Of a DNA stretch of 60,005 nucleotides, positions 43,616 through 53,477 are shown one piece after another. The stretch lies in assembly GCA_016181935.1 (NCBI GenBank), contig JACOYI010000006.1:1-60005 (forward strand). Reading direction: 5' to 3'. Position 1 is the first letter of the stretch. Every line of letters begins with the position of its first letter. Both the position numbers and the translations under genes were made by a program. Below the pieces are notes generated by a model that saw only the letters and a list, made by a program, of their open reading frames with translations, searched no databases and was not told the origin of the DNA. The stretch comes from Candidatus Niyogibacteria bacterium. GTDB lineage: Bacteria; Patescibacteriota; Minisyncoccia; HO2-45-28.

Positions 43616-44348
43616 AGACAAAACGCAGAGTCCGTTCATTGACCGGCTGTCGAATGCGGGCTTCTTTGATCGCCGATGAGGTCTCGCCCGCGATCTCGGC
43701 AACGACGCCGATGATCTGCCGCCGGGAACCGACGCTGAATATGCGATCGCCGATCGTGACCGGAAAATCCCGCGGCAACCGGATCCGCAATTCGCGATTG
43801 CCCGCTCCAACGGCGGCTGCGACCGTTTCGGATCCTTCGAGCACCACGTCGGTTTCCCGGCCAAAACTCGTCGGGGAAACGACCCGGCTCGAATCCCAAA
43901 AAACATCCGATACCCACCCGATAAAAATTTCATCAACCGCAGACACGGCATTTTGCTTTCGCAAAAGCGCCGATGTCTCTCCGTCGATCGCTGATGCCTG
44001 CCGGTACGGCGCGACCACGCTCATTCCGGTGCGTATTCCATCCCGTTCCCCGCGGTCAATGATGATCTGGTCATACGGAATGGACGGAGGCCGAAAAATA
44101 ACGGCGGCTCGCTCCGGAAACGCAACCGCCGACTCATTGCCGGCCGGAGGCAGCGGAGATGCGCCCTCAGAGCGACCCCATACCCAGGAACTTCCAAAAG
44201 CGAGCGCGCCGGCCATATACCGGATCTTGGAAAATAGAAATGCGGCCGTTGGCCGCTCGACCGCGGGCCCAAAGAAAAATAGAGCGGTGGTGGCGATCGC
44301 TATGACACAAAAAAATCCGGCGAAGGAAAACGAGCGGCGCCGCATCAT
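43602..44348 (-). CDS. mreC: Rod shape-determining protein MreC
   Basis: N-terminal TM, beta-rich body; lies between mreB and mreD. Confidence 0.75.
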   Translation of the reverse strand: MMRRRSFSFAGFFCVIAIATTALFFFGPAVERPTAAFLFSKIRYMAGALAFGSSWVWGRSEGASPLPPAGNESAVAFPERAAVIFRPPSIPYDQIIIDRGERDGIRTGMSVVAPYRQASAIDGETSALLRKQNAVSAVDEIFIGWVSDVFWDSSRVVSPTSFGRETDVVLEGSETVAAAVGAGNRELRIRLPRDFPVTIGDRIFSVGSRRQIIGVVAEIAGETSSAIKEARIRQPVNERTLRFVYVIE

Positions 44349-45397
44349 TCCGGGGAGACCGCTTCCTCATGTTCGACCAGCATGCTCCGAAGATCATTGA
44401 TGTTTTCGACAATGATCCCGCAACCGCGCACAACCGCGGTCACCGGATCTTCCGCAATGCGCGTGGGAATTTTGATCTCCTGCTCGATCAGTGTCGCGAG
44501 ACCGCGCAGCTGCGCGCCGCCGCCGACCATCCAAACCCCCCGATGCACGACATCCGCCACGAGCTCCGGCGGCGTATCCTCCACGACATCTTTCACGCCC
44601 GCGATGATCGCGCGGATGGTCTTCGAGATCGCAACGCGGATGTCGCCGTCGGTCAGCCGGACTTCTCTAGGCAAACCCGTCACCAGATCCCGGCCGCGCA
44701 CGATGCTGTCGAACGCCTCATCGAGTTTTGCTGCGGCGCCGATGGAAATTTTCAGCTCTTCCGCCGTCTTTTCCCCCAGCAATAATTTATACTCGTCGCG
44801 CACATAGTTAACGATATCGCTATTCAGCCGGTCGCCCGCGAGCCGCAAATTAAGGCTCGATACGATGCCGCCGAGCGAGATCACCGCAATATCCGTTGTT
44901 CCGCCGCCGATATCCATGACCATGTTGCCGATGGGTTCTTCCACCGGCAAACGCAGGCCGATGGCCGCGGCCATCGGTTCCTCCACCAGATACGCTTCGG
45001 ATGCGCCGGCGTTTTTCGCGACATCCCGCACCGCCCGGCGCTCCACTTCCGTGATCCCCGACGGGATCCCGATCACAACGCGCGGCCGCGCAAAAAAGCC
45101 GGCCCGCGGGTGATGAACTTTTTTGATGAAATAGGCGAGCATTTCCTGCGTCACCTCAAAATCCGAGATGACCCCTTCCTGCAGCGGCCGGATGATCGAA
45201 ATATGAGGCGGGGTGCGCCCCATCATTTTTTTCGCCTCATTGCCGATGGCGACCACCTGTCCGGTTTTTTGATTGAGCGCGACAACGGACGGTTCGTTGA
45301 TCACGATCCCCGCCCCATGAACATAGACGAGGATATTCGCGGTCCCCAGATCGATCCCGGTATCGCGGGAGAATGCGCCGAATAGTTTACCGAGCAT
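44345..45397 (-). CDS. mreB: Rod shape-determining protein MreB
   Basis: Start at MLGKLFGAFSRDTGIDLGTANILVYV; actin-fold motifs DIGGGTTD. Confidence 0.93.
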   Translation of the reverse strand: MLGKLFGAFSRDTGIDLGTANILVYVHGAGIVINEPSVVALNQKTGQVVAIGNEAKKMMGRTPPHISIIRPLQEGVISDFEVTQEMLAYFIKKVHHPRAGFFARPRVVIGIPSGITEVERRAVRDVAKNAGASEAYLVEEPMAAAIGLRLPVEEPIGNMVMDIGGGTTDIAVISLGGIVSSLNLRLAGDRLNSDIVNYVRDEYKLLLGEKTAEELKISIGAAAKLDEAFDSIVRGRDLVTGLPREVRLTDGDIRVAISKTIRAIIAGVKDVVEDTPPELVADVVHRGVWMVGGGAQLRGLATLIEQEIKIPTRIAEDPVTAVVRGCGIIVENINDLRSMLVEHEEAVSPE

Positions 45398-46628
45398 AAT
45401 ACCGTTGAACCGCAAGAACTGCTGCCTCAATGGATTGAAATGGAAATGGCTTTTCGTCTCTCATGGTCACTTCAACCATGTTCGCGGTTCTCGTTGATGC
45501 AATGATCCGCACCGGAATCCCGATGAGGTCCGCGTCCGTGAGCTTCTCGCCCGGCGTCGCATCATTGCGATCATCATACAAAACATCCACCCCCTGTTCT
45601 GCGAAATACTTGTACGCAGCGTCCGCTTGTTTCTCGCCCCCCGGTAATGCGATCAAATGAATCCGAAAGGGCGCCGCCTCTTTCGGCCAACGGATCCCGG
45701 CATCGTCATGATTCAATTCAACGATCGCACCCATCGCTCGCGAGGGGCCGATGCCATAGGAACCCATGACGACCAGTTGTTCCTTTCCGGCGGAATCCTT
45801 ATAAACCAAATTCGCTGCTTCCGAAAATTTCGTGCCCAGCCGGAAAATATTGCCGACTTCGATGCCGTTCGATTCTTTGATCTTCGCGCGCGCACATTTC
45901 GGGCACGTATCGAGCGCCGCAACGTTTGCGATCTCTTTATTCTGCGCAAAGTCGCATGCTTCGCAATAAAAAATCGTATCCTCCCCCGCCGGCACGAGCA
46001 CCTGAAATTCGTGGGTGTATTCTTTCGTAAAATCGCCTCCGGCCGCTTCGACGACCCGTACGGGAAGCTCGAGCCTCGAGAAAATTTTTTTATATGCGTC
46101 GGCAACCGTCCAATAAAAGCGCTCCAGGTCCTTTGCGTCCGCATGAAAGCTGTAAAGATCCTTCATCGTGAATTCCTTGCCGCGGATAAGGCCGAACCGC
46201 GCTCGCGGTTCGTCGCGGAATTTGGTCTGGATCTGATACAGCGCTGTCGGCAGGTCGCGGAACGACTGGATACGGCGCTTCAGGATCGGCGTAAGCACTT
46301 CCTCATGCGTGAATCCCAGACCGTATTCCTGACCGGACGAATCCGTGGATTTGTACAGGATCGGCACATTCCACCGGTCGGTCGCTTCCCAGTATTTTTT
46401 GGGGATCAGGGCGGGCAGGAGCAATTCCGAAGCGCCGATCGCGTTCATTTCCTCGCGGATCACGCGGTTGATCTTATCAAGCACCCTTAAACCCAGCGGT
46501 AAAAACGCGTGAATACCGGCTCCGATTTTTTCCACAAAACCGCCCCGGTGCAAAAATTTTGCGTTCGCGCTCTCCTCATCGCGCGGCCATTCTTTTTGCG
46601 TACGAATGAAAAATTGTGTGAATCGCAT
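45387..46628 (-). CDS. proS: Prolyl-tRNA synthetase (short form, no large insertion domain)
   Basis: Start at MRFTQFFIRTQKEWPRDE. Class II motifs, zinc-like CEACDF...CPKC segment, anticodon-binding C-terminus. Confidence 0.88.
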   Translation of the reverse strand: MRFTQFFIRTQKEWPRDEESANAKFLHRGGFVEKIGAGIHAFLPLGLRVLDKINRVIREEMNAIGASELLLPALIPKKYWEATDRWNVPILYKSTDSSGQEYGLGFTHEEVLTPILKRRIQSFRDLPTALYQIQTKFRDEPRARFGLIRGKEFTMKDLYSFHADAKDLERFYWTVADAYKKIFSRLELPVRVVEAAGGDFTKEYTHEFQVLVPAGEDTIFYCEACDFAQNKEIANVAALDTCPKCARAKIKESNGIEVGNIFRLGTKFSEAANLVYKDSAGKEQLVVMGSYGIGPSRAMGAIVELNHDDAGIRWPKEAAPFRIHLIALPGGEKQADAAYKYFAEQGVDVLYDDRNDATPGEKLTDADLIGIPVRIIASTRTANMVEVTMRDEKPFPFQSIEAAVLAVQRYYAR

Positions 46629-46833
46629 GCTCTTTCGCGCTCGCGCTTCATTTTTTCTCGACACGCTCGAACGCCCAGCAGGCATTCTCGCTCGGTCCTC
46701 GGCGTTTTGTTTTTTGGCTCGCTTCGCGCGATTTTAGCCAAAAAACATCATGCAAAACGCCTGCGGATGGTCTCGAAAAAAGAATCGCTCGCGCGAACGT
46801 TTTAAAAACCATAACGCCTTCTGCTCCACGCGC

Positions 46834-47967
46834 CTACAATCTCAGCCGAATGTCGTAATAGGTGATCACAACCATCAGCAGTATCAAAATAGCAAATCCC
46901 AGCCCGTTCGCAAAGCGCGTCGCTACGGCGCTTATGGCGCGCCCCCGGAGCTTTTCGATCGCGACAAAAAGCAGGCGTCCGCCGTCGAGCCCCGGAAACG
47001 GGATCAAATTCACGATCGCGAGATTCACGGAAAGCGTCGCGACGAGCGTCACGAAATAGGAAGCGCCGAAATCCAGCGTATTCGCGACGATCGAGAAAAT
47101 TCCCACGGGCCCCGAGATCATTCCGCCGACCGAAACGCCGGAGATCGCGCCCGCGATGAGCGCCGCGATCCCCCAGAGCGTCCCCATAAAAACGAAAGCC
47201 GTCATCCGGAGCGCATACCACGGGATCCCCCACCACGGCACATCCACGCGTCCGATGGCTTCCATCGCAATTCCCAGGATCCCTTTTTGCGGCGATGCGG
47301 AATCGGGAAGCACCGCACCAAGCACGATCTCCTGTTCATCGCGGAATACGGTCACCGAAATGTTCTTACCGCGATGCTCCTGCACGAATTTTTGCACGGT
47401 ATCGACGGAAATATCGCGGAGCGTCTCTCTTCCATTTTCGGCGCCCAAACCGATGATCGCGTCGCCTAACTGGATGCCTGCGCGTTCGGCCGCCGACTCC
47501 GGAGCGACATCGATGGCAACGACGCGGAGATCCGCAATGTGCCCCGCCCAGACATCATCATCGCCGGCGACCGGAACACCGATGCCGAGCGCCGCCGCGA
47601 ATAAAATATATGCAAGAATGAGATTGAATCCGATGCCGGCGGCCAAGATCATCGCGCGCGCCCCGATCGATTTTGATGCAAAATTTTTCGGATCCGGCAC
47701 CTCTCCTGGTTGTACCGGAGCGCTGTCTTCTCCGGTGATCTTCACAAAACCGCCGAGCGGCAGCGCATTGAATGAATACAGTGTCCCGCCTCGGCGTACG
47801 CCGCCGAGGCGCGGCGGGAATCCGAATCCGAATTCCTCCACATTCACGCCGAATTTACGCGCAAATAAAAAATGCCCGAACTCATGCGCCAGCACGAGCA
47901 GGGCGAGGACACCCAAAAAAATCGCTAGATCCGCGATCATAATCCAGTATATCAAAAGACCGCCCAA
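46834..47967 (-). CDS. rseP: Site-2 (M50) zinc metalloprotease RseP with PDZ
   Basis: HEFGHFLFARKFGV, PDZ domain, NLIPFPGLDGG. Confidence 0.9.
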   Translation of the reverse strand: MGGLLIYWIMIADLAIFLGVLALLVLAHEFGHFLFARKFGVNVEEFGFGFPPRLGGVRRGGTLYSFNALPLGGFVKITGEDSAPVQPGEVPDPKNFASKSIGARAMILAAGIGFNLILAYILFAAALGIGVPVAGDDDVWAGHIADLRVVAIDVAPESAAERAGIQLGDAIIGLGAENGRETLRDISVDTVQKFVQEHRGKNISVTVFRDEQEIVLGAVLPDSASPQKGILGIAMEAIGRVDVPWWGIPWYALRMTAFVFMGTLWGIAALIAGAISGVSVGGMISGPVGIFSIVANTLDFGASYFVTLVATLSVNLAIVNLIPFPGLDGGRLLFVAIEKLRGRAISAVATRFANGLGFAILILLMVVITYYDIRLRL

Positions 47968-48007
47968 AGGGTAGTCCTTAGGAATCAGAAAAGGACTACC
48001 CTTTGGG
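47963..48007. repeat. Palindromic hairpin element, copy 7 (loop in reverse orientation)
   Basis: CCCAAAGGGTAGTCCTT-AGGAATCAGAA-AAGGACTACCCTTTGGG. Confidence 0.9.
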
Positions 48008-48011
48008 CTGG

Positions 48012-48335
48012 TTAAACAGCCGCCGGTGTTGCGGCCTCTGCCGGCTTTTGCGTTTCCGCCGCCTTTTTCGAGGACCGCGAAACGTGAACCTTGGAGCCCG
48101 AAATGATGGTTTTTGAAACCAAAAGATTATGGACGGTTCCCGATGGCTGTACCCCTTTCGAAAGCCAATACCGGATCCGCTCCGCTTTCAGATCGGCCAT
48201 TTTTGTGCGCGGATTGTACGATCCGACACGCTCAATGAAGCGGCCGGCTTTTGCCGCCCGTTCTTTTTCCGTGACAATGACCCGGAAACTTGGGTCGTTT
48301 TTTCGCCCCACGCGCTGAAGCCGCATCACTAACAT
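48012..48335 (-). CDS. rpsP: 30S ribosomal protein S16
   Basis: MRLQRVGRKNDPSFRVIV...GSYNP. Confidence 0.92.
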   Translation of the reverse strand: MLVMRLQRVGRKNDPSFRVIVTEKERAAKAGRFIERVGSYNPRTKMADLKAERIRYWLSKGVQPSGTVHNLLVSKTIISGSKVHVSRSSKKAAETQKPAEAATPAAV

Positions 48336-48349
48336 AGAGTCCCAGTATA

Positions 48350-48383
48350 TAAAAAATCCCCGCCTCGGTCAACCGAGACGGGG
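48350..48383 (-). terminator. Rho-independent terminator after the hypothetical gene
   Basis: On the minus strand CCCCGTCTCGG-TTGA-CCGAGGCGGGG is followed by ATTTTTT. Confidence 0.75.
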
Positions 48384-48393
48384 AACATCGAAC

Positions 48394-49428
48394 CTACCGA
48401 CGATAGCGCATAGCGCTCGACGTCAACGGACCTGAGGTGCTTCTACACGCCTCCTCCACGAAATCCTTGATTTGGTTAAGAGGCAGCCGCGTCGCCGATT
48501 TCGGCGTTCCCTTGTTCAGCAGGAGGTAGCCGGAAAGCTCCCAGTTCGGGATCTGCTGCACAACGCCTTCCTGCCTCAATTCCGAGGCGTTGTGCGGCAC
48601 CTGCGTCCGGCCGTCATGCCACGCGAGATACTCCGCCCTGCGAACACGCTCTGCGATCGCGGGCATCGCATGCGCCCACTCGCGCGCTGCGCCAATCTGC
48701 ACATGTCCCGCATCCGTCTGCTGGATCGTGAGCCCGAACCCTTTTTCCGCGCGCAGAAGCCGCGCAATGTTCGGGTTGCTGTTCTTGCGGATCACGGCAA
48801 TGGAAACCGCGGAGCACGCGATCTGCTCCATCTCGATTCCGGCGTCGAGCTGCCGCTTCGCCTCTTCCCACTGCTCCCGCCGATCCTGCTCATCGTCGTA
48901 GACGCCGTCGAGCAATTCGAACACCAGCGAGACAAATGAAAGCGGGTCGTCGTGATAGCGCCTTTGCTGAATGAACATGAGCTTGGAGAAATAGATCCAG
49001 CGGCGCGGCAAACGCCTGGTGCGCCGCCGTTCGGACATGTCTTCGATTTCGTCGAGGATAAATCCGAAACGCGGATCGTTGCGGATGTCGAGCTCGAGAA
49101 TCGCTTCGGTAGCCGCTGCTGCTGACGGCATTTTGAATCGCCAGTCATATCGCGCGGGCGCATTGCCCCCGATGACAACCGGGATCTCGTCGTAATTTTC
49201 GTAGTCGAGCTCGCTCTTCACACAGGCGACCCACGCCAGCATCGCCAGTTCGAGCGTCGGGTGCTCCGGAAGCGCGATCACAGAAGACAAGGGTTCTTCG
49301 TCGTCCTCTTCTGAAGGGATGCCGTCGGACCCTTCCTCGATGACATCGATTTCTTCGTCGTCGTCCGAACTCATCGGCGGCAACAGACCCTGAGGACCCA
49401 GCGCCAAAAGATCGAATATCTTACCCAT
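48394..49428 (-). CDS. Hypothetical protein with an acidic N-terminal region (344 aa)
   Basis: Start at MGKIFDLLALGP; SSDDDEEIDVIEEGSDGIPSEEDDEE tract; no family recognised. Confidence 0.5.
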   Translation of the reverse strand: MGKIFDLLALGPQGLLPPMSSDDDEEIDVIEEGSDGIPSEEDDEEPLSSVIALPEHPTLELAMLAWVACVKSELDYENYDEIPVVIGGNAPARYDWRFKMPSAAAATEAILELDIRNDPRFGFILDEIEDMSERRRTRRLPRRWIYFSKLMFIQQRRYHDDPLSFVSLVFELLDGVYDDEQDRREQWEEAKRQLDAGIEMEQIACSAVSIAVIRKNSNPNIARLLRAEKGFGLTIQQTDAGHVQIGAAREWAHAMPAIAERVRRAEYLAWHDGRTQVPHNASELRQEGVVQQIPNWELSGYLLLNKGTPKSATRLPLNQIKDFVEEACRSTSGPLTSSAMRYRR

Positions 49429-49518
49429 GGGAATACTCCCTCGCAAAGCAGTTGGCAAAGTACAAAAAAGCGTAACGTGTACGCTACAATAGTATAGCAC
49501 TAGTGTCTTTGAAAGTCA

Positions 49519-49585
49519 ACCCCGTAGTAGAAAGCGGCACAGCGCGTGGCGCGCGCATGCCGGACGCCGCTTTTCACTACGGGGT
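49519..49585 (-). terminator. Long-stem hairpin at the smc stop
   Basis: ACCCCGTAGTAGAAAGCGGC ... GCCGCTTTTCACTACGGGGT, about 20-bp arms with one mismatch. Confidence 0.5.
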
Positions 49586-51735
49586 CAAGCGCCCGCCATC
49601 TCTTGGGCTTGGGCAAGTTTGAGCGACAAAAGGCGCGAAATGCCGTCCGCTCCGGCTGTTACGCCATAGAGGATCCCCGCTCTTTGCATGGTTTGGCGGT
49701 TATGCGTGATGGTGATGATCTGGGTCGAGCGCGAAAGTTCTTTCAACATGTCGCCATAGCGCGCGGAATTCGCCTCATCGAGCGCCGCATCGGTTTCATC
49801 CAAGACCAAAAAAGGCGGGGGTGAAACCGCCGAGAGCGCAAAAAGAAGAGCAACCGCTGTAAGCGACCGTTCGCCGCCCGACAACATTTCAAGACCGCGG
49901 ATCTTTTTGCGCGGAAGGGCGACATCAATATGAACGCCGCCTTCTTGGCGCGGTGCGTCCTCATTGTCGGACGCGAGCGGCGAGCGCTCGCGAAGAACTG
50001 CGAGCGCCGCATGCCCGCCGCCGAACATCAATTGAAAAAACCGGTCGAACTCGGTGTTGATCTTCTGGATCCCGCGCGAAAAATCGCCCTCGATCTTTTC
50101 CGCGAGCTCCCGCGATACCCCCCGCAGCTGCTTCGCGCTCGCTACCAGATCCGCAAGCTCCCGCTCGAAAAATTGAACGCGCGTTTTCGCATCCTCATAT
50201 TCGCGAAGAACGCCCGTATCCACGCCGCCCGCTTCTTCCAGACGGAATTTAAGGCGGTCGATGTCCTTGCGCATCGCTTCGCGCTCCCCGTCGCGAAACG
50301 CCTCGGCGTCCGGTAAAACAACGATCTCACCCGCCATATGCGCCGCCTCCTGCCGCTCCCGCTCCCATTCCGCCTCGCGGCTTTTTACCATTTCCGCCGC
50401 AAATGCCGCCTGTCGCCTCGCATCCTCCACGTCGCGGCGTCGCGCCTCGAGTGCCGTAAACTCTACCTGCGCCTCGCGGCGCGCTCCCTCCGCTTCTTGA
50501 GCGCGGCCCCACTGTTGTTCCCATTCCGCGGCAAGTCCTGTTTCTTTTTTTGCGATATCCGCGAGTGAGCGCTTCCATTCCGCCACGCGCGCCGTATACG
50601 TTTTTGCGTCAAGCCGCGCCCTCTCCTCGACGACCCGATGCGTCAAAAACGCGCTTAGGCGATCCGTGACCGCCTGAACGATCCCGTGAATTTCGGCAAT
50701 GGAATCGCTCTCCAACGCCGAAGAAAGGTCGTCTTCGGCGCGCACCAACAATTCCTCCACCTCTTCTCTGGGGATCGCCTCATCATCAGGCCTTTGAACC
50801 GACAGGGCGCCTTCCAGCAATCCTTCCGCACGCCCCAATTCACGCTCGCATTCAACGCGTTTCTCCCGGAGCTTCTTTAATTCAGCTTCCAGCGCCAAAA
50901 GCGTCCGGTGGCGCGCGGGGTCGTCGGGTTCTGATTTGCGAAGCTCCGAGAGTTTTTTATTGATCTCCTTTAATTCCGCTTCGCTGTCGCGGGCATTCGC
51001 GGCTTCGCGCTCATGATCAAGCGTCGCGCGCCATCGGCTCAAATAATCGGACGCACGAGCCGCAAGCGCGATTTTGACCTCGGCTGCGCGCTCATATTTT
51101 TCCACGAGCCGTTTTAAATGGTCGAAATGCGGCCGCACCTCGGCGCGGAGCGCTTGAGCGCGGCGCATGTTGTCTTCCGTTTGCTGTAATTTTTTTTCCG
51201 CCTCCTCGCGCCTGTATTGGTATACTTTCAATCCGAGCGATTCCTCGATCATGCTCTGCCGCTCCTTTCTCGACACATAAAGGATCCGGTCGGCCTCGCC
51301 CTGCGAAATGATCGGGTGCTGGGAGATACCAAGCCCCACATGCGCCAAAAGCTCAACGACGTCCTTCAGGCGCACCTCGCTCGAATTCACCAGATACTCC
51401 CCTTTTCCATCGCGATACACGCGCCGGCCGATCGCAACCTCATTGAAATCAACGGGAAAATGTTTCCGTGCATTATCAAAAACCGCCGTCGCCGACGCTT
51501 TGGACAGGCGCGGCGAGGATGCGGAACCGTTAAAGATCAGGTCGTCGCCGCGATGTCCCCGCAAACTCTTGAACGACTGCTCGCCCAACACCCATTGGAT
51601 CGCCTCCACCACATTCGATTTCCCCGAGCCGTTCGGCCCGACGATCGCAACGATCGGCGCATCAAAATCAAACCGCGCGGCTTTTGCGAACGATTTGAAT
51701 CCCGAGAGCTCAAGGCGTTTGAAAATGGAAGACAT
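49585..51735 (-). CDS. smc: SMC-family chromosome segregation ATPase (short, ~716 aa)
   Basis: Start at MSSIFKRLELSGFKSFA. GPNGSGKSN Walker A, long coiled coils, LSGGERSLTAVALL signature, FLVLDETDAALD Walker B. Confidence 0.88.
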   Translation of the reverse strand: MSSIFKRLELSGFKSFAKAARFDFDAPIVAIVGPNGSGKSNVVEAIQWVLGEQSFKSLRGHRGDDLIFNGSASSPRLSKASATAVFDNARKHFPVDFNEVAIGRRVYRDGKGEYLVNSSEVRLKDVVELLAHVGLGISQHPIISQGEADRILYVSRKERQSMIEESLGLKVYQYRREEAEKKLQQTEDNMRRAQALRAEVRPHFDHLKRLVEKYERAAEVKIALAARASDYLSRWRATLDHEREAANARDSEAELKEINKKLSELRKSEPDDPARHRTLLALEAELKKLREKRVECERELGRAEGLLEGALSVQRPDDEAIPREEVEELLVRAEDDLSSALESDSIAEIHGIVQAVTDRLSAFLTHRVVEERARLDAKTYTARVAEWKRSLADIAKKETGLAAEWEQQWGRAQEAEGARREAQVEFTALEARRRDVEDARRQAAFAAEMVKSREAEWERERQEAAHMAGEIVVLPDAEAFRDGEREAMRKDIDRLKFRLEEAGGVDTGVLREYEDAKTRVQFFERELADLVASAKQLRGVSRELAEKIEGDFSRGIQKINTEFDRFFQLMFGGGHAALAVLRERSPLASDNEDAPRQEGGVHIDVALPRKKIRGLEMLSGGERSLTAVALLFALSAVSPPPFLVLDETDAALDEANSARYGDMLKELSRSTQIITITHNRQTMQRAGILYGVTAGADGISRLLSLKLAQAQEMAGA

Positions 51736-51741
51736 ATCATT

Positions 51742-51848
51742 GCGCAAATGCAATTCTCGCGCGGTGCTCGCCCATTATAAGGCCGTTCCGGCCAAATATT
51801 TGTCCCCAGTGCCTACCCCACGCACCGCGCCAAGAATTGCGTTTGCGC
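51742..51848 (-). repeat. ~105-nt inverted-repeat element, copy B
   Basis: Reverse complement about 90% identical by eye to 43065-43169. Fills the rnc-smc intergenic space. Confidence 0.8.
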
Positions 51849-51852
51849 TTCC

Positions 51853-52545
51853 TCATTGCCAATCTTTTGCGCGCAATGCATTCTCGGCCGCGTTTTGCTC
51901 CGCGATCTGTTTCGACGGCCCTTCGCCTTCCCCGATGAGTTCCTCGCCGATATACGCGCCCACCACAAAATGCTTGTCATGATCCGGCCCCCATTCCTTT
52001 TGCACGCGATACGCGGGCGTCAGAGCAGCCATTTCCTGCGCCTTTTCCTGAAAAACGCTTTTGGCATCGCGGAATAGTTTCTTTTCCAGAATATCCGCGG
52101 TCTTCGGTATCAGTTGGCGCTGGATGAACGCATCCGCTGCAGGATATCCGCCATCGAGGTACAGCGCCCCCACCAGCGCTTCGAACGCATTCGCCAAAAT
52201 CGAGGCGCGCGCGCGGCCGACGTCTTTCGCTTCCCCGCGCGACAGTAAAACCACGTCATTGATGCCGATCTCCGTCGCGACCGTTGCGAGCATCGATGCG
52301 TTCACCAGCGCCGCGCGAATGCTGGTCAGATCGCCTTCGGGTTTGTCGGGAAAATTCCGGAAAAGATGGTCTGTCACCGCAAGTTCGAGCACCGCATCGC
52401 CCAAAAATTCGAGGCGTTCGTTATGGGGATAGCCCCACGACGGATTTTCATTCAAATACGAACGATGCGTAAGCGCCTCGAAAAGAAGCGCTTGATTCTC
52501 GAACGATATTTTAAGTTTTTTTTCGAATTTTGAGAAATTCGTCAT
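51853..52545 (-). CDS. rnc: Ribonuclease III
   Basis: NERLEFLGDAVLE signature and a C-terminal dsRBD. Confidence 0.93.
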   Translation of the reverse strand: MTNFSKFEKKLKISFENQALLFEALTHRSYLNENPSWGYPHNERLEFLGDAVLELAVTDHLFRNFPDKPEGDLTSIRAALVNASMLATVATEIGINDVVLLSRGEAKDVGRARASILANAFEALVGALYLDGGYPAADAFIQRQLIPKTADILEKKLFRDAKSVFQEKAQEMAALTPAYRVQKEWGPDHDKHFVVGAYIGEELIGEGEGPSKQIAEQNAAENALRAKDWQ

Positions 52546-53433
52546 TTATGTGATTTCGGCAAGCGCCCGCTCCACCAGCGGCCGGATATCATCGTACATC
52601 TTCAGTTCCGCGGTCTCGCCCGGACGGAACCATCGCACATCATCGAGTCCGCCGGACGTACCGAGTTTCAATTCCGTATCCGGCGTTTCAACCAGGAAAT
52701 AGGTAACGCGGCGGCGCACCGGCCCTTTTTGCGGGTCGGACGCGATATATTCATTGACACCCAGTTCTTTTTTTACGGAAAGATTTTCGACGCCGATCTC
52801 TTCGCGAAGCTCGCGAAGCGTCCCCGATTCCACCGTATCCCCCTCCTCCAGATGGCCTTTCGACAGGGTCCAATAACCGAAAACGTCGTGCACGAACACG
52901 AACCAAACGCCAGCCGCGTCTTTGCGGTAAACAACCGCCCCCCCCAGCGCTTCCACGGGAAGTTTTGAGGGATCGGCCACTTTCTTTTTTTTGCCGGTAT
53001 CGTCTTTGCCGGGCTCGCCCATTTCGCGGTACACCGTGCCCAAAACGCCGTTGACGAACCGGCCGGAGGAATCGCCGCCAAAACTTTTGGCAAGCTCGAT
53101 CGCCTCATTGATCGCAACCTTGGGCGGAACTTCTTTATGGTCTCCGAACAAAAGTTCAAAGAGCCCGATCCGCAAAACGTTGCGGTCAACGATCGCAATT
53201 TGAGCGAGCGGCCATTCGGGCGCCGCTTTCTCGATGATGCCGTCGAGTTTCTTGTTTTTCTTGAGAACGCCCTCGATAAGCGAGCGCGCAAAACCGCCGT
53301 CATCGAGACCGGGCGCGAATTCGTTCATATCGCGCTCGAGAATGCTTTCGATTCGTGAATCGTTGCAACCCCCAAAATCCCATTCGAAGAGGGCTTGCAT
53401 CGCTACGCTACGAGATAGATGTCGATTGGCCAT
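52546..53433 (-). CDS. nusB: NusB antitermination factor fused to a C-terminal Nudix hydrolase domain
   Basis: N-terminal RSVAMQALFEWDF...AINEAIELAKSFG (NusB). C-terminal GHLEEGDTVESGTLRELREEIGV (Nudix box with E to D at the first Glu). Confidence 0.8.
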   Translation of the reverse strand: MANRHLSRSVAMQALFEWDFGGCNDSRIESILERDMNEFAPGLDDGGFARSLIEGVLKKNKKLDGIIEKAAPEWPLAQIAIVDRNVLRIGLFELLFGDHKEVPPKVAINEAIELAKSFGGDSSGRFVNGVLGTVYREMGEPGKDDTGKKKKVADPSKLPVEALGGAVVYRKDAAGVWFVFVHDVFGYWTLSKGHLEEGDTVESGTLRELREEIGVENLSVKKELGVNEYIASDPQKGPVRRRVTYFLVETPDTELKLGTSGGLDDVRWFRPGETAELKMYDDIRPLVERALAEIT

Positions 53434-53477
53434 GATGTGAAGATTTAAATGTGCGAACGTCCCGAACCGCGGGCGCG

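Noticed and set aside
46629-46833. 205-nt proS-rseP spacer with CGCGCGAGCG-type motifs, considered as a degenerate MITE copy
   Set aside because: There are only short, scattered similarities to the 153-bp element and no terminal repeats. The evidence is insufficient by eye.
15426-48007. Palindromic hairpin copies considered as a CRISPR array
   Set aside because: The copies are dispersed over 32 kb, individually palindromic with a conserved loop, and not regularly spaced with unique spacers. There are no cas genes.
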